This document shows positions 27,975 through 36,962 of a DNA stretch of 48,441 nt, one piece after another (position 1 is the first letter of the stretch; each line of letters opens with the position of its first letter). The notes beneath the pieces are model-generated. The model did no database searches, was not told the origin of the DNA, and worked only from the letters and a program-made list of their open reading frames with translations. Both the position numbers and the translations under genes were made by a program. The stretch is from contig CATPBV010000112.1 of NCBI GenBank assembly GCA_955652345.1, positions 1-48,441 on the forward strand, given 5' to 3'. The DNA is from an uncultured Solirubrobacteraceae bacterium (lineage in GTDB: Bacteria; Actinomycetota; Thermoleophilia; Solirubrobacterales; Solirubrobacteraceae).

Positions 27975-28613
27975 GTGAGGCGTTACACGGCGGTTCTCCT
28001 GGCGGTGCCGGTGCTGACGGCGTGCGGCTCCTCGGTGGCCGCCTCGGCCTCCCCCGGCCCAAGCCAGGCCCCGGCCGCTCGGTGCGGCGCGGCAAGCGGG
28101 CGAACTCTCGCGGCGAGCCCCACCGCGCGGGTGTACGTCGCCCACGGCGTCGTCTACGTCTGCGCAACGCGGACGAGCAAGGTATATCGCCTGGGAAGCG
28201 CCCAGTCCTGCTTCGTCGAGCCCCGAATCGGTCCGGTCACGCTCGCCGGCCGGATCGCCGCCTATTCGCAGGTGCGCTGCGGCGTCGACACGGCCTCCTC
28301 ACAGGTCGTGGTCAGAGACCTCGCTGACGGCAAGGTGCTGATGAGCCACCCAGCAATCTCGCACGTGCCGGGACCTGAGTCGTTCGAGTCGGTGCACACG
28401 ATCGTTGCCAAGCGCGACGGGTCGATCGCCTGGTTGGCAGGCGTCTCATCGATCGGGCGTCCTACCGAGCTTTTCGAGGTTCATCGAGTTGACCGGCAAG
28501 GCTCGGCGCTGCTCGACTCCGGCGGCGCTATCGCGCCCGGATCGCTCCGGCTGCACGGCTCGACCGTGACCTGGCGGGACCGTGGGAAGTCCCGGAGGGC
28601 AGCGCTGAATTAA
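27975..28613 (+). CDS. Hypothetical lipoprotein
   Basis: VRRYTAVLLAVPVLTAC lipobox. Confidence 0.7.
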   Translation: MRRYTAVLLAVPVLTACGSSVAASASPGPSQAPAARCGAASGRTLAASPTARVYVAHGVVYVCATRTSKVYRLGSAQSCFVEPRIGPVTLAGRIAAYSQVRCGVDTASSQVVVRDLADGKVLMSHPAISHVPGPESFESVHTIVAKRDGSIAWLAGVSSIGRPTELFEVHRVDRQGSALLDSGGAIAPGSLRLHGSTVTWRDRGKSRRAALN

Positions 28614-28635
28614 CGCCGCTGAGCCCCTGGCGTGC

Positions 28636-29010
28636 TCAGACCCGCGCCTCGACGCGGTGGCGGCCAAGCCAGCGAGTGGCCCACCGCTCGAGCTCCGAGA
28701 GAGCCGGGTGGAGCTCGCGGCCCATCCGCGACAGCGAGTACTCGACCCGCACGGGCGGGCCGGAGAGCACCCTGCGGGAGACGATGCCCCGCGCCTCGAG
28801 CTGCTTCATCCGCTCGGACAGCAGCCGATCGGACAGCTCGGGAACCGCTTGAGCGATCTCCGAGAAGCGCAGAGGACCATCCATCAGGACCCGCAGGATC
28901 GCGCCGGTCCAGCGACGGCCTACCAGCTCAACCGCCTCGTGATAGAGCGGACAGCACCCCGGCGATCGCGTCTCCCCGTTGGCCTGAGCGGAGTACTCGA
29001 CGCCGTTCAT
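28636..29010 (-). CDS. HxlR-family winged-helix regulator
   Basis: CP...AVELVGRRWTGAIL, LRFSEI, SDRLLSERMKQLE..GIV.R, PPVRVEYSL. Confidence 0.92.
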   Translation of the reverse strand: MNGVEYSAQANGETRSPGCCPLYHEAVELVGRRWTGAILRVLMDGPLRFSEIAQAVPELSDRLLSERMKQLEARGIVSRRVLSGPPVRVEYSLSRMGRELHPALSELERWATRWLGRHRVEARV

Positions 29011-29022
29011 ATGAGATGAAGC

Positions 29023-29574
29023 TTACGCTGCTCGCAGCGCCCGCGAGGCCTCGCTGGATCCATCCACCGGGACTTCGCCCGCCACGTTGACCATCGCGGT
29101 GAAGGCTTCGAGTGCGACCGCGGCGATCGCTTCAAGCAGCTGCTCGTCGTCCCAGCCGGCCTCGCGCGCCTCCTCGTGGAGGTGCATCGGAGCGCGCCCC
29201 CCGTTCTCCAGCAAGGCTTGCAGGTAGCGCAGCAGAGCCGCCTCGCGTGGATCCTTGGAGTTGAACTGGCGGGCCAGGGCGACCTCATCCAGGGCGAGCC
29301 CGGCGCCGCGGGCCGTTCTGGAGTGCATCGCAATCCCCGGCTCGGAGGCATAGTGCTCGGCCACGGCGAGCGCGATGCGCTCGAGCGTCGCTAGCTTCAG
29401 CTGGCCGTGGCGCAGCTCCGACCGGAATCGGGCATACGCCCGGAGCGCGGCGGGCGATCCCGCCAGTACGCCGAGGAAGTTCGGGAGCTGCCCCCCGGTC
29501 GCCAGGGCGCCCCGAAGAACGGGGACTGAGCCTGCCGGGGCCGTCAGGTCGTCGTGTATCTGGAATCTGCTCAT
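29023..29574 (-). CDS. Carboxymuconolactone decarboxylase / AhpD-like protein lacking Cys
   Basis: PNFLGVLAGSPAAL..Y, ERIALAVA, AGWDDEQLLE; CxxC position reads SEPG. Confidence 0.8.
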   Translation of the reverse strand: MSRFQIHDDLTAPAGSVPVLRGALATGGQLPNFLGVLAGSPAALRAYARFRSELRHGQLKLATLERIALAVAEHYASEPGIAMHSRTARGAGLALDEVALARQFNSKDPREAALLRYLQALLENGGRAPMHLHEEAREAGWDDEQLLEAIAAVALEAFTAMVNVAGEVPVDGSSEASRALRAA

Positions 29575-29645
29575 TGCGTTCTTCATTTGGACCACCACCG
29601 GGTCTCAGGACGGCTTTGCCTCCTGGCCCTTCACTTTCAAGACCA

Positions 29646-29688
29646 ACTTACGTCCTGTAAGTGTAGGTACCCCGTCCCGTGTGTACAA
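29646..29688 (-). promoter_or_regulatory. sigma70-type promoter with overlapping palindromic operator
   Basis: Minus strand TTGTAC-N17-TACACT (29688-29660); ACTTAC-N5-GTAAGT perfect inverted repeat at 29646-29662. Confidence 0.7.
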
Positions 29689-29950
29689 GTGTTTTTTTCG
29701 TTGTCTTAGGCGTGCCTTCGGCGTCGCCACCGTGCGACCTCGCCGCTATCACCTAGGACGCGCTCAGCCGCTCAACTATTCCCGTTATACGTGCGCTAGT
29801 AAACGTCTGATGACAGGTTCTTCGGAGATTCATAAGCGCGGTGCGCGCAATCTCTGAGGATCTGCTTGCCGCGACTGCGCGCTCGACCGCCGGCGACCGC
29901 GCCGCGCCTGCGCCGCGCCTGCGCCGGATCGCCGCTGGATGCGCCGCGCG

Positions 29951-30577
29951 CTAGTAGCCGCGCGTGCGGCGGGGCGATGCGACGGCGACGGATCGCGACG
30001 CCGCGGCGGTCGCCAGGTGCGCGGGCGCCCGGCCCGTCGACCGCGTGCTGACCGCGCGGAGCACAGCGGCGTGGGAGCTCGCCGCCGCGACGACCACAAG
30101 CATGATCCCCAGCATGACCGCCCACATCGCTGCCCTGTCCGCCCTGAACCCCGGACGCTGATGACGCGGCTGGGCGGGACGGCGCCGTGACTGCCCGGTG
30201 GTCCACGGGAGGTTTCGCTCAGCGCCGTAGCCTCGGATCGTGACCGTCCGTCGACCGGGCACACCCTGGCCGGGTCGGCTTGAAGGTTCAGGCTGACGCA
30301 GGCTCGCTGCGGCGCTTCGGGCCGCGGCCGGGGCGCGGTGGCCATTGGCAACGGTCGTCCTGCCGTTGCCGTTGATGGTCCGGCCGCTGCCGTTGCTACC
30401 GCCGCCGTTCCGGCCGTTGCCGACGACGCCGTTGCCGTCGGCGCTCCGGCCCTTGCCGCCGGTTATCCGCCGTCGCGGGAAGTCGAAGTCGGCGAACGCG
30501 TCTGGGGCAAAATCCTCGTCCCAAACCCTGCCGTCGTCCGACAGGCCACGCCCAGCAGAAGCGCTCTTGCGCGCCAT
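29951..30577 (-). CDS. Hypothetical Arg/Gly-rich protein with one TM segment
   Basis: GAGAGGTAGG before ATG; low-complexity N-terminus, PGRRTVTIRG, hydrophobic AAMWAVMLGIMLVVVAAA; directly follows the riboswitch. Confidence 0.65.
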   Translation of the reverse strand: MARKSASAGRGLSDDGRVWDEDFAPDAFADFDFPRRRITGGKGRSADGNGVVGNGRNGGGSNGSGRTINGNGRTTVANGHRAPAAARSAAASLRQPEPSSRPGQGVPGRRTVTIRGYGAERNLPWTTGQSRRRPAQPRHQRPGFRADRAAMWAVMLGIMLVVVAAASSHAAVLRAVSTRSTGRAPAHLATAAASRSVAVASPRRTRGY

Positions 30578-30597
30578 CCTACCTCTCGTCCTCTTTC

Positions 30598-30730
30598 TCG
30601 GGCTTACGGGGTTAGCTGACGGGCTCGCGCCGAAAGAGCGGCGCTACGCACGAGGCGATTGGCCCCAACAACTTGGGTCCCCCGCTTCCTGCCGCCGTTG
30701 TAGTTAGGCGGAGCGGGAATTCAGCGTTTA
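30598..30730 (-). ncRNA. Cyclic di-AMP (ydaO/yuaA) riboswitch
   Basis: Minus strand has the conserved blocks in order: GCTGAAT (30725-30719), GGAAGCGGGGGACCCA, TGGGGCCAATC, GAGCCCGTCAGCTAACCCCGTAAGC. Confidence 0.85.
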
Positions 30731-30767
30731 CGGCGCGGCATCCTACCAGTGGCGCCGGTCGCAAGCG

Positions 30768-31298
30768 TTACTCCTTGCCGGCCACCTTGGCGACGAAGCT
30801 CGCGACCTCCTGCGCCTGCTTCCCCTGCAGGATGAGGGGCGGCATCGTGCCCTGGCCCAGACACGTCGCCGCCGTGTCGGTGGGCGGCGGACTCTGGAAG
30901 CACCCGTTGGCGATCGTGTGCAGCACGAGGTCCTGCGACGGCTGGATCGTGTCGAGGTTCGGTCCCACCTTGCCGACCGCATTGGCGGCGGCCAGGGTGT
31001 GGCACACCCCACAGTGCTGGCCGAACAGCTCGCGCCCGATCTTCTCGGCTGAGGTGAGCTTGATCCCGCCGACTTGGCTGCTCGCGTTCGCACTATTGCC
31101 CGCAAGGAAGACGAGCGGGATCCCCGCACCGAAGCCGACGTACACCAGCACGAAGATGGTCGCCAGAGCCTTACGTCCACCGCGAGTCTGGGTCTGGATG
31201 GTCGCCCGAGCGCCGGCAGGTCCGCCGCGGGCCGCGACAAAGAACACGACGAACCCGAGCACTGCCCAGAACGCGCAGAAGAGGGCGACCGCAAGCAC
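30768..31298 (-). CDS. Membrane-anchored c-type cytochrome
   Basis: Two TM segments, GRELFGQHCGVCH (CxxCH), GPNLD, MPP distal Met. Confidence 0.88.
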   Translation of the reverse strand: MLAVALFCAFWAVLGFVVFFVAARGGPAGARATIQTQTRGGRKALATIFVLVYVGFGAGIPLVFLAGNSANASSQVGGIKLTSAEKIGRELFGQHCGVCHTLAAANAVGKVGPNLDTIQPSQDLVLHTIANGCFQSPPPTDTAATCLGQGTMPPLILQGKQAQEVASFVAKVAGKE

Positions 31299-31349
31299 TG
31301 CGCGGGGACCTTACCGTGCAGCAGGACGGGATGGCTGGGATGGGGTTTC

Positions 31350-34300
31350 TCAGCGTCTTCGCCCGGAGGCGAAGCTCATCACCGGCGGCGCAACGGCGCG
31401 GAAGTCCTCGGCTTCGCCGGAGCCGCCCGCGGCCACGCGTCGCCCGGCTTTGGCCGCTTCGCGGGCGGTCGCTAGCTCGCGCTCGTCGAGCGGCGAGAAG
31501 TCCTTGACCTCCGCAACCAGCTGGTCCGGCGCCACAATCGACCCCACTCGGTCCACCAGCACGCTGATTGCTCCTCCGGCTGCCGGCAGACGCTCGAGCT
31601 TGCCGTCGACGAGCATCAGCGGCTCCGTTCGGACGGTCAGGCGGTGGCGCTCGTACAGGTCCGGCGGAATGATCAGATTGATCGTCCCGTGCTCGTCCTC
31701 CAGCAGCACGAACACGATCCCGTTGGCGGTGCCCGGGCGCTGGCGCGCCACCACCAGGCCCCCGATCCGCACCCGGGTCCCGTGCCGGAGGGTCTCCAGG
31801 TCGCGGCTGGTCACGGCGTTCGCCGGAAGCCGGTCTCGGAGCAGCGCCAGTGGATGGGAGCCGGTCGTCAGCCCCGTCGTCCGGTAGTCGGCGAGCATCC
31901 TCTCCCACGAGGAGAGCTTGCGAAGCTCGGGCGGCGCCGGAAGGTCGAGGGGAAGGGCCAGCTGAATCCCGCCGGGGACGGTTGTGCCGGGCGTCGCAAC
32001 GCCGAGCTGCCAGAGGGCAATCCGCCGCGCCGACCCTGGCTGCCCTCCTGCGTCCACAAGCGAGTCGCATGCCCCCGACCAGGCGAGCAGCTCGAGCGAG
32101 GCGGCGCTCGAGCCGGCACGCGAGGCCAGATCCGAGAGGCTGCGAAAGCGGCCGCCGGACTGGCGCGCGGCGACCAGCTCTCGCACTTCCTGCTCGCGGA
32201 CGCTCCGCACATACCCGAGGCCGATCCGAACCCGGCCGCTCGTCCGATCCGCGTCTGCATCCCGCTGTTCTGAGCCTTCCCGCTCGAGCTCGCATTCGGC
32301 CGCGCTCTCGTTGACATCGGGCGCCAGCACCTCGATCCCGCGACGCTGCGCCTCGTGCACGAGCGCGTCAGGGGGATAGAAACCCATCGGCTGCTCGTTC
32401 AGCAGCGAGCACAGAAACTCGGGGCCGTGATGAACTCGAAGCCACGTGGACTGGTAGGCGAGCAGCCCGAATGCCGCCCCATGGGCCTTGGGAAAGCCGA
32501 AGCCGGAGAAGCCCTGGACCATCGAGAAGACGCGCTCGGCGGTTGCCTCGTCCACTCCATGCTTGCGGCGCGCGCCGCTGACGAAGCGCTTGTGGTAGGC
32601 CTCGATCGCCGCCTCTGAGCGCTTACGGCTCATCGCCCGCCGCAACCCCTCGGCCTCGCCGGGAGAGAAGCCTGCAAATGCGATCGCGACCTCCAGCACC
32701 TGGTCCTGGAAGATGATCGTGCCAAGCGTCTCGCGGAGCACCGGCTCGAGCGAGGGATGCTCGTACGGGACTTGATAATCAGGGTCGACGCGCAGCCGCT
32801 GACGGCGGGCGATATAGGGGTTGACGGCCCCGCCTTGGATCGGGCCCGGCCGGACGATCGCAACCTGGATCGTCAGGTCCTTCAGATTCTCGGGTCGCGT
32901 CCGGTGAAGCGACTGCATCTGGGCGCGGCTCTCGATCTGGAACACCCCGGTCGTGTCGGCGTTCTGGATGCACTCGTAGGTCGCGGGGTCGTCGTAGGGA
33001 ATCTGCGAGAGATCGATCCGCTCATCTCGAGTACGTGCGATCAGCTCCACCGTCCGCTCGACCGCCGAGAGCATCCCAAGTCCCAGCAGGTCGATCTTGA
33101 GAAAGCCGGCGTCAGCACAGGAGTCCTTGTCCCAGTGTGCGATCTGCCTGCCCTCCATCGCGGCAGGGACGATCGGGCAGCAGTCGATGAGCGGGCGCGT
33201 CGAGATGATCATCCCGCCCGAGTGCTGGGAGAGGTGGCGGGGCAGCCCATGGGCCTTCGCAGCAAGCCGTGCAAGCCAGGCCCAACGGCCGGTGGAGCCC
33301 CGGCCGGTATTGGTCAAGGCACTCTCGATGTCCTTGGCAACCTGGCGGGCGTCCCAACCCTCGCTGCCGCGAGCGACTCGCTCGATCTCGCCGGGCGGCA
33401 GCCCCAGCGCCTTGCCGAGCTCACGAATCGCGCCGCGCGCACGGTAGGTGGGAAACGCGGCGACCAGCGCCGAGCGGTCGTGCCCATAGCGCTCGTGCAC
33501 GCGCGGGATCAGCTTCTCCCTGATATCCCGCGGGAAGTCCAGGTCGATGTCGGGAAGCGCGGTCAGCTCCTCGTTCAGGAAGCGCCCGATCAGGAGCTCA
33601 TTGGCGATCGGGTCGACGTGCGAGAGCCCGGTCAGGTAGCAGACGATCGAGGACACGCTCGAGCCGCGGCCGCGGCCGGGCGGCAGCAGCGCGCGGGCGC
33701 TGTCCGGCCCTCGCACCTCCACCGCGACCTCGCGCGCCAGCTCGAGCATGTCGTGGTGAAGCAGGAAGAAGCCTGGGAGGTGGAGCTTCTCGATGATCCG
33801 AAGCTCTTCCCGCACTCGCCCTTCCGCTGTCTCTCGAATCGACGCGGACGCGTCTCGGTAGCGGTCGCTCACGCGCGCCTGGCAGAGCTCGGACAGCTTG
33901 CCCATCGCCTTGCCGTCCTCGGCTCCGGGATATCTGTAGCCGAGGTCGTTTGTCAGGTCGAAGCGCAACCTTCCGGCGAGGGCGGCGGTCTCGGCCACCG
34001 CATCCGGATGCTCGGGAAAGCGGGCCGCCATCGCCTCGGGTGAGGCGAGCACGTGGCTGAAGTTTCCGCGCCGCTGCGGCTCTGAGGCATCGAGCGTGGT
34101 GTGCAGACGTACCGCCACAAGCGCGTCCTGCAAGGGAGCACGCGAGCGAGAGTGGGCGTGGACGTTGCCGGTGGCCACGCACGGGACGCCGAGCCTGGCA
34201 GCCAGCCCGGCCAGCCGCCGGTTACGGTCGCGATCGTCGCGCAGAAACGGCCGCTGCAGCTCGATCCGCATCCGGTCTGATCCGAACGCCTCGAGGAGTG

Positions 34301-34784
34301 CCCTCAGCGTTGGCTCGTCGTGAACGCCGCGCAGCGCGCACCCGCTCAGGCACACGAGCCCCTGGGCATGGGCGAGGACGTCGCTGAGATCCACATACGC
34401 TTGCGAGGGTGGCCCCGGCTTCTCGCGCGTGTGCGCGTGCGCGCGGGTCAAGAGGCGACAGAGATTCGACCAGCCACAGGCGTCTTCGACGAGCAGCGTC
34501 AGATGGCGGCCCTCGCGCTTGCGGCCCGCTCGGCATCCTGCCTCGCCTGATTGGGCCGCGCGCGAGTCATCCGGCTCGAGATCGATCTCGGCTCCATGAA
34601 TCGGTCTCAGCCCAAGCGCCCGCGCTGAGACGGCGAACTCCATCGAGCCAGAGACCGAGTTGTGGTCGGTCAGCGCGAGCGTCCCATGCCCGAGCTCGAG
34701 CGCCGCCGGGACCAGCTCATCCGGCAGCGAAGCCCCATCGAGGAACGAGAAGGCGGAGTGGCAGTGGAGCTCAACGTAAGCCAT
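31350..34784 (-). CDS. dnaE2: Error-prone DNA polymerase DnaE2 (ImuC)
   Basis: PHP YVELHCHSAFSFLDGAS, GRGSSVSS, PDIDLD, PRHLSQHSGG, GVFQIESRAQM, FGFPKAH, NEQPMGFY, RQRPGTANG. Confidence 0.95.
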   Translation of the reverse strand: MAYVELHCHSAFSFLDGASLPDELVPAALELGHGTLALTDHNSVSGSMEFAVSARALGLRPIHGAEIDLEPDDSRAAQSGEAGCRAGRKREGRHLTLLVEDACGWSNLCRLLTRAHAHTREKPGPPSQAYVDLSDVLAHAQGLVCLSGCALRGVHDEPTLRALLEAFGSDRMRIELQRPFLRDDRDRNRRLAGLAARLGVPCVATGNVHAHSRSRAPLQDALVAVRLHTTLDASEPQRRGNFSHVLASPEAMAARFPEHPDAVAETAALAGRLRFDLTNDLGYRYPGAEDGKAMGKLSELCQARVSDRYRDASASIRETAEGRVREELRIIEKLHLPGFFLLHHDMLELAREVAVEVRGPDSARALLPPGRGRGSSVSSIVCYLTGLSHVDPIANELLIGRFLNEELTALPDIDLDFPRDIREKLIPRVHERYGHDRSALVAAFPTYRARGAIRELGKALGLPPGEIERVARGSEGWDARQVAKDIESALTNTGRGSTGRWAWLARLAAKAHGLPRHLSQHSGGMIISTRPLIDCCPIVPAAMEGRQIAHWDKDSCADAGFLKIDLLGLGMLSAVERTVELIARTRDERIDLSQIPYDDPATYECIQNADTTGVFQIESRAQMQSLHRTRPENLKDLTIQVAIVRPGPIQGGAVNPYIARRQRLRVDPDYQVPYEHPSLEPVLRETLGTIIFQDQVLEVAIAFAGFSPGEAEGLRRAMSRKRSEAAIEAYHKRFVSGARRKHGVDEATAERVFSMVQGFSGFGFPKAHGAAFGLLAYQSTWLRVHHGPEFLCSLLNEQPMGFYPPDALVHEAQRRGIEVLAPDVNESAAECELEREGSEQRDADADRTSGRVRIGLGYVRSVREQEVRELVAARQSGGRFRSLSDLASRAGSSAASLELLAWSGACDSLVDAGGQPGSARRIALWQLGVATPGTTVPGGIQLALPLDLPAPPELRKLSSWERMLADYRTTGLTTGSHPLALLRDRLPANAVTSRDLETLRHGTRVRIGGLVVARQRPGTANGIVFVLLEDEHGTINLIIPPDLYERHRLTVRTEPLMLVDGKLERLPAAGGAISVLVDRVGSIVAPDQLVAEVKDFSPLDERELATAREAAKAGRRVAAGGSGEAEDFRAVAPPVMSFASGRRR

Positions 34785-34785
34785 G

Positions 34786-34799
34786 CGAACGTATGTTCC
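34786..34799. promoter_or_regulatory. LexA SOS box immediately upstream of dnaE2
   Basis: CGAACGTATGTTCC, one mismatch to CGAAC-N4-GTTCG, 1 nt from the ATG. Confidence 0.8.
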
Positions 34800-34838
34800 C
34801 ACACGAGGCGGCGCCCACGAACAGTTTCGCGAAGGGGC

Positions 34839-34889
34839 TTGACAACTTATTAGTGACTGCTAAGCTATCGCCTAGTTAGCACTCACTAA
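34839..34889 (+). promoter_or_regulatory. Promoter with two TetR-type operators upstream of MFS-TetR
   Basis: TTGACA (34839)-N16-TAAGCT; TTAGTGACTGCTAA (34850-34863) and TTAGCACTCACTAA (34876-34889), which match 13/14 in inverted orientation. Confidence 0.7.
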
Positions 34890-34895
34890 GGAGAG

Positions 34896-36329
34896 ATGAT
34901 GAATTCTCAAACGAACTCAACGCGCCGCGGCTGGACCCTCGCGATCGTCTCGATCGCGCTGTTCATGGTGGTCCTCGACAACCTCGTCGTGAACGTGGCC
35001 CTCCCCAGCATCCACCAGGATCTGGGCGCCTCGATCCAGTCGCTCGAGTGGACCGTCAACGCGTACATCCTCGCCTACGCAGTGCTGCTCCTGACCGGCG
35101 CGGTTCTGGGAGACCGCTTCGGCCGCAAGCGCATGTTCATCGCAGGCGTCTCACTGTTCACCCTCTCCTCGGCGGCCGCGGCGCTCGCGCCCTCGATCGG
35201 TCTGCTGATCCTCGCACGCGCAATTCAGGGCATCGGCGCGGCGATCGTGACGCCGCTGACTCTGACCCTGCTCGCCGACGCATTTCCGCCCGAGCGCCGA
35301 GGGGTGGCTCTCGGCGTGTGGTCGGGTATCTCAGGAATCGCCGTTGCCCTCGGACCGCTCGTCGGTGGCGCCGTCGTGCAGGCCGCTTCATGGCATTGGA
35401 TCTTCTGGATCAACGTCCCGATTGGGGTGGCCCTGGTTCCGCTGGCCGCCCGCAGGCTCTCCGAGAGCCGCGGCGCGCAGCGCGGGCTTGACCTCACCGG
35501 CCTTGCGCTCGGCTCGAGCGGACTGTTCGGGATCGTCTACGGGCTGATTCGCTCGCAGTCCCTGGGCTGGGGCAGCACGGAGGTGCTCGCCGCCCTGATC
35601 GCGGGTGCGATTCTCCTGGTCGCGTTCATCGTCTACGAGCTCCGCACCACGGACCCGCTGCTGCCGATGAGCTTCTTCCGTAATCGCGCGTTCGTCGTGA
35701 CCAACGCGGTTTCCCTGGCGATGTACTTCGGGATGTTCGGCTCGATCTTCTTCCTGAGCCAATTCCTCCAGAACGTCCTGCACAACTCGCCGCTCCAGGC
35801 AGGCGTAAAGCTGCTGGCGTGGACGGGAGCAACGATGGTCGTCTCGCCACTCGCCGGCTTCTTCTCGGAGCGGTGGGGAAGCCGCTGGTTCATGGTCGCG
35901 GGGCTGGGCCTCCAGGCTCTCGCGCTCGGCTGGCTCGCCCAGCTCGCTGGACTCCATACGACCTACACCAGCATGATTGGCCCGTTCGTGCTCGCCGGTT
36001 CGGGAATGGCGCTCGTGTTCGCGCCGGCCGCCAACGCGGTCCTGTCCTCGGTGCACATCGATCAGACCGGTCAGGCCTCGGGCGCCACAAACGCGATCCG
36101 GGAGCTCGGAGGAGTCCTCGGCGTGGCCGTTCTCGCAACCGTGTTCACGAGCACCGGCAGCTATGTGTCACCGCAGGCGTTCGTGAACGGCATGGTGCCG
36201 GCGGTGTGGGTCGGAGCCGGCGTGCTCGCTGCCGGCGCACTGCTTGCGGCCGTGCTCCCGTTCACCACAAGGACCTCGCTCGCCCAGGTCCCCTCGGATG
36301 TGGCCGAGCTCGCCGGGGCAGCCGCGTGA
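34896..36329 (+). CDS. DHA2-family (EmrB/QacA) MFS efflux transporter
   Basis: FMVVLDNLVVNVALPSI, LGDRFGRKR, GPLVGG, WHWIFWINVPIG. Confidence 0.93.
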   Translation: MMNSQTNSTRRGWTLAIVSIALFMVVLDNLVVNVALPSIHQDLGASIQSLEWTVNAYILAYAVLLLTGAVLGDRFGRKRMFIAGVSLFTLSSAAAALAPSIGLLILARAIQGIGAAIVTPLTLTLLADAFPPERRGVALGVWSGISGIAVALGPLVGGAVVQAASWHWIFWINVPIGVALVPLAARRLSESRGAQRGLDLTGLALGSSGLFGIVYGLIRSQSLGWGSTEVLAALIAGAILLVAFIVYELRTTDPLLPMSFFRNRAFVVTNAVSLAMYFGMFGSIFFLSQFLQNVLHNSPLQAGVKLLAWTGATMVVSPLAGFFSERWGSRWFMVAGLGLQALALGWLAQLAGLHTTYTSMIGPFVLAGSGMALVFAPAANAVLSSVHIDQTGQASGATNAIRELGGVLGVAVLATVFTSTGSYVSPQAFVNGMVPAVWVGAGVLAAGALLAAVLPFTTRTSLAQVPSDVAELAGAAA

Positions 36330-36352
36330 GTGCGTACGATCGAGGTGCGCGC

Positions 36353-36952
36353 ATGACCACCCCCGGCACCGAGCAAGTCAGCCCTCGCCGTCAGCGCGTC
36401 CCCGCCGCTCAGCGGCGGGACGCGCTCGTCGAGGCGGCTGTGCACGAGTTCGCCCAGGGCGGACTCCATGGCACGCCGGTCGACCGGATCGCTCGACGCG
36501 TCGGCGTGGCGCAGCCGTACGTGTTCAGCTTGTTCGGGAGCAAGCGCGACCTGTTCCTGGCAGCCGTCGATCGCGACTTCGAGGCCGTCTCGGAAACGTT
36601 CAGTCGCGCCGCTGCGGAGTTCGATCCCACGACCGCCGAACCCGACATGGACGTGCTGAAGGCGATGGGGCGCGCCTATGTCGAGCTGCTCTCCTCAGAC
36701 CGCGACTACCTGATGCTCCAGCATCAGGCATACGCGGCGTGCGATGACGAGACGATTCGCGATCACGTTCGCGCGCGTTACGCGGGACTCGTGCGGCATG
36801 TGGAGCGGCTGTCCAGCGCCGAGCCCGAGCGGATCGACGAGTTCTTCCGCAACGGCATGTGGCTCAACGTGGCCGCCGCGATGGGCGTCGAAGACCTGTC
36901 CGTCGGCTGCGAATGGATCCGCGCCGAGGGGCTGAGCGCGAGCGAGTCGTAG
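36353..36952 (+). CDS. TetR/AcrR family regulator
   Basis: RRDALVEAAVHEFAQGG..GT.VDRIARRVGVAQPYVFSLFGSKRDLF; alternative GTG start at 36326. Confidence 0.92.
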   Translation: MTTPGTEQVSPRRQRVPAAQRRDALVEAAVHEFAQGGLHGTPVDRIARRVGVAQPYVFSLFGSKRDLFLAAVDRDFEAVSETFSRAAAEFDPTTAEPDMDVLKAMGRAYVELLSSDRDYLMLQHQAYAACDDETIRDHVRARYAGLVRHVERLSSAEPERIDEFFRNGMWLNVAAAMGVEDLSVGCEWIRAEGLSASES

Positions 36953-36962
36953 CCGCCGAGCG

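Noticed and set aside
29899-29926. GCGCCGCGCCT tandem repeat
   Set aside because: Only about 2.5 copies of low-complexity GC sequence
34855-34884. CIRCE/HrcA element (TTAGCACTC at 34876)
   Set aside because: The half-sites are in the wrong order and spacing for TTAGCACTC-N9-GAGTGCTAA, and no chaperone gene follows; TetR operators explain it better
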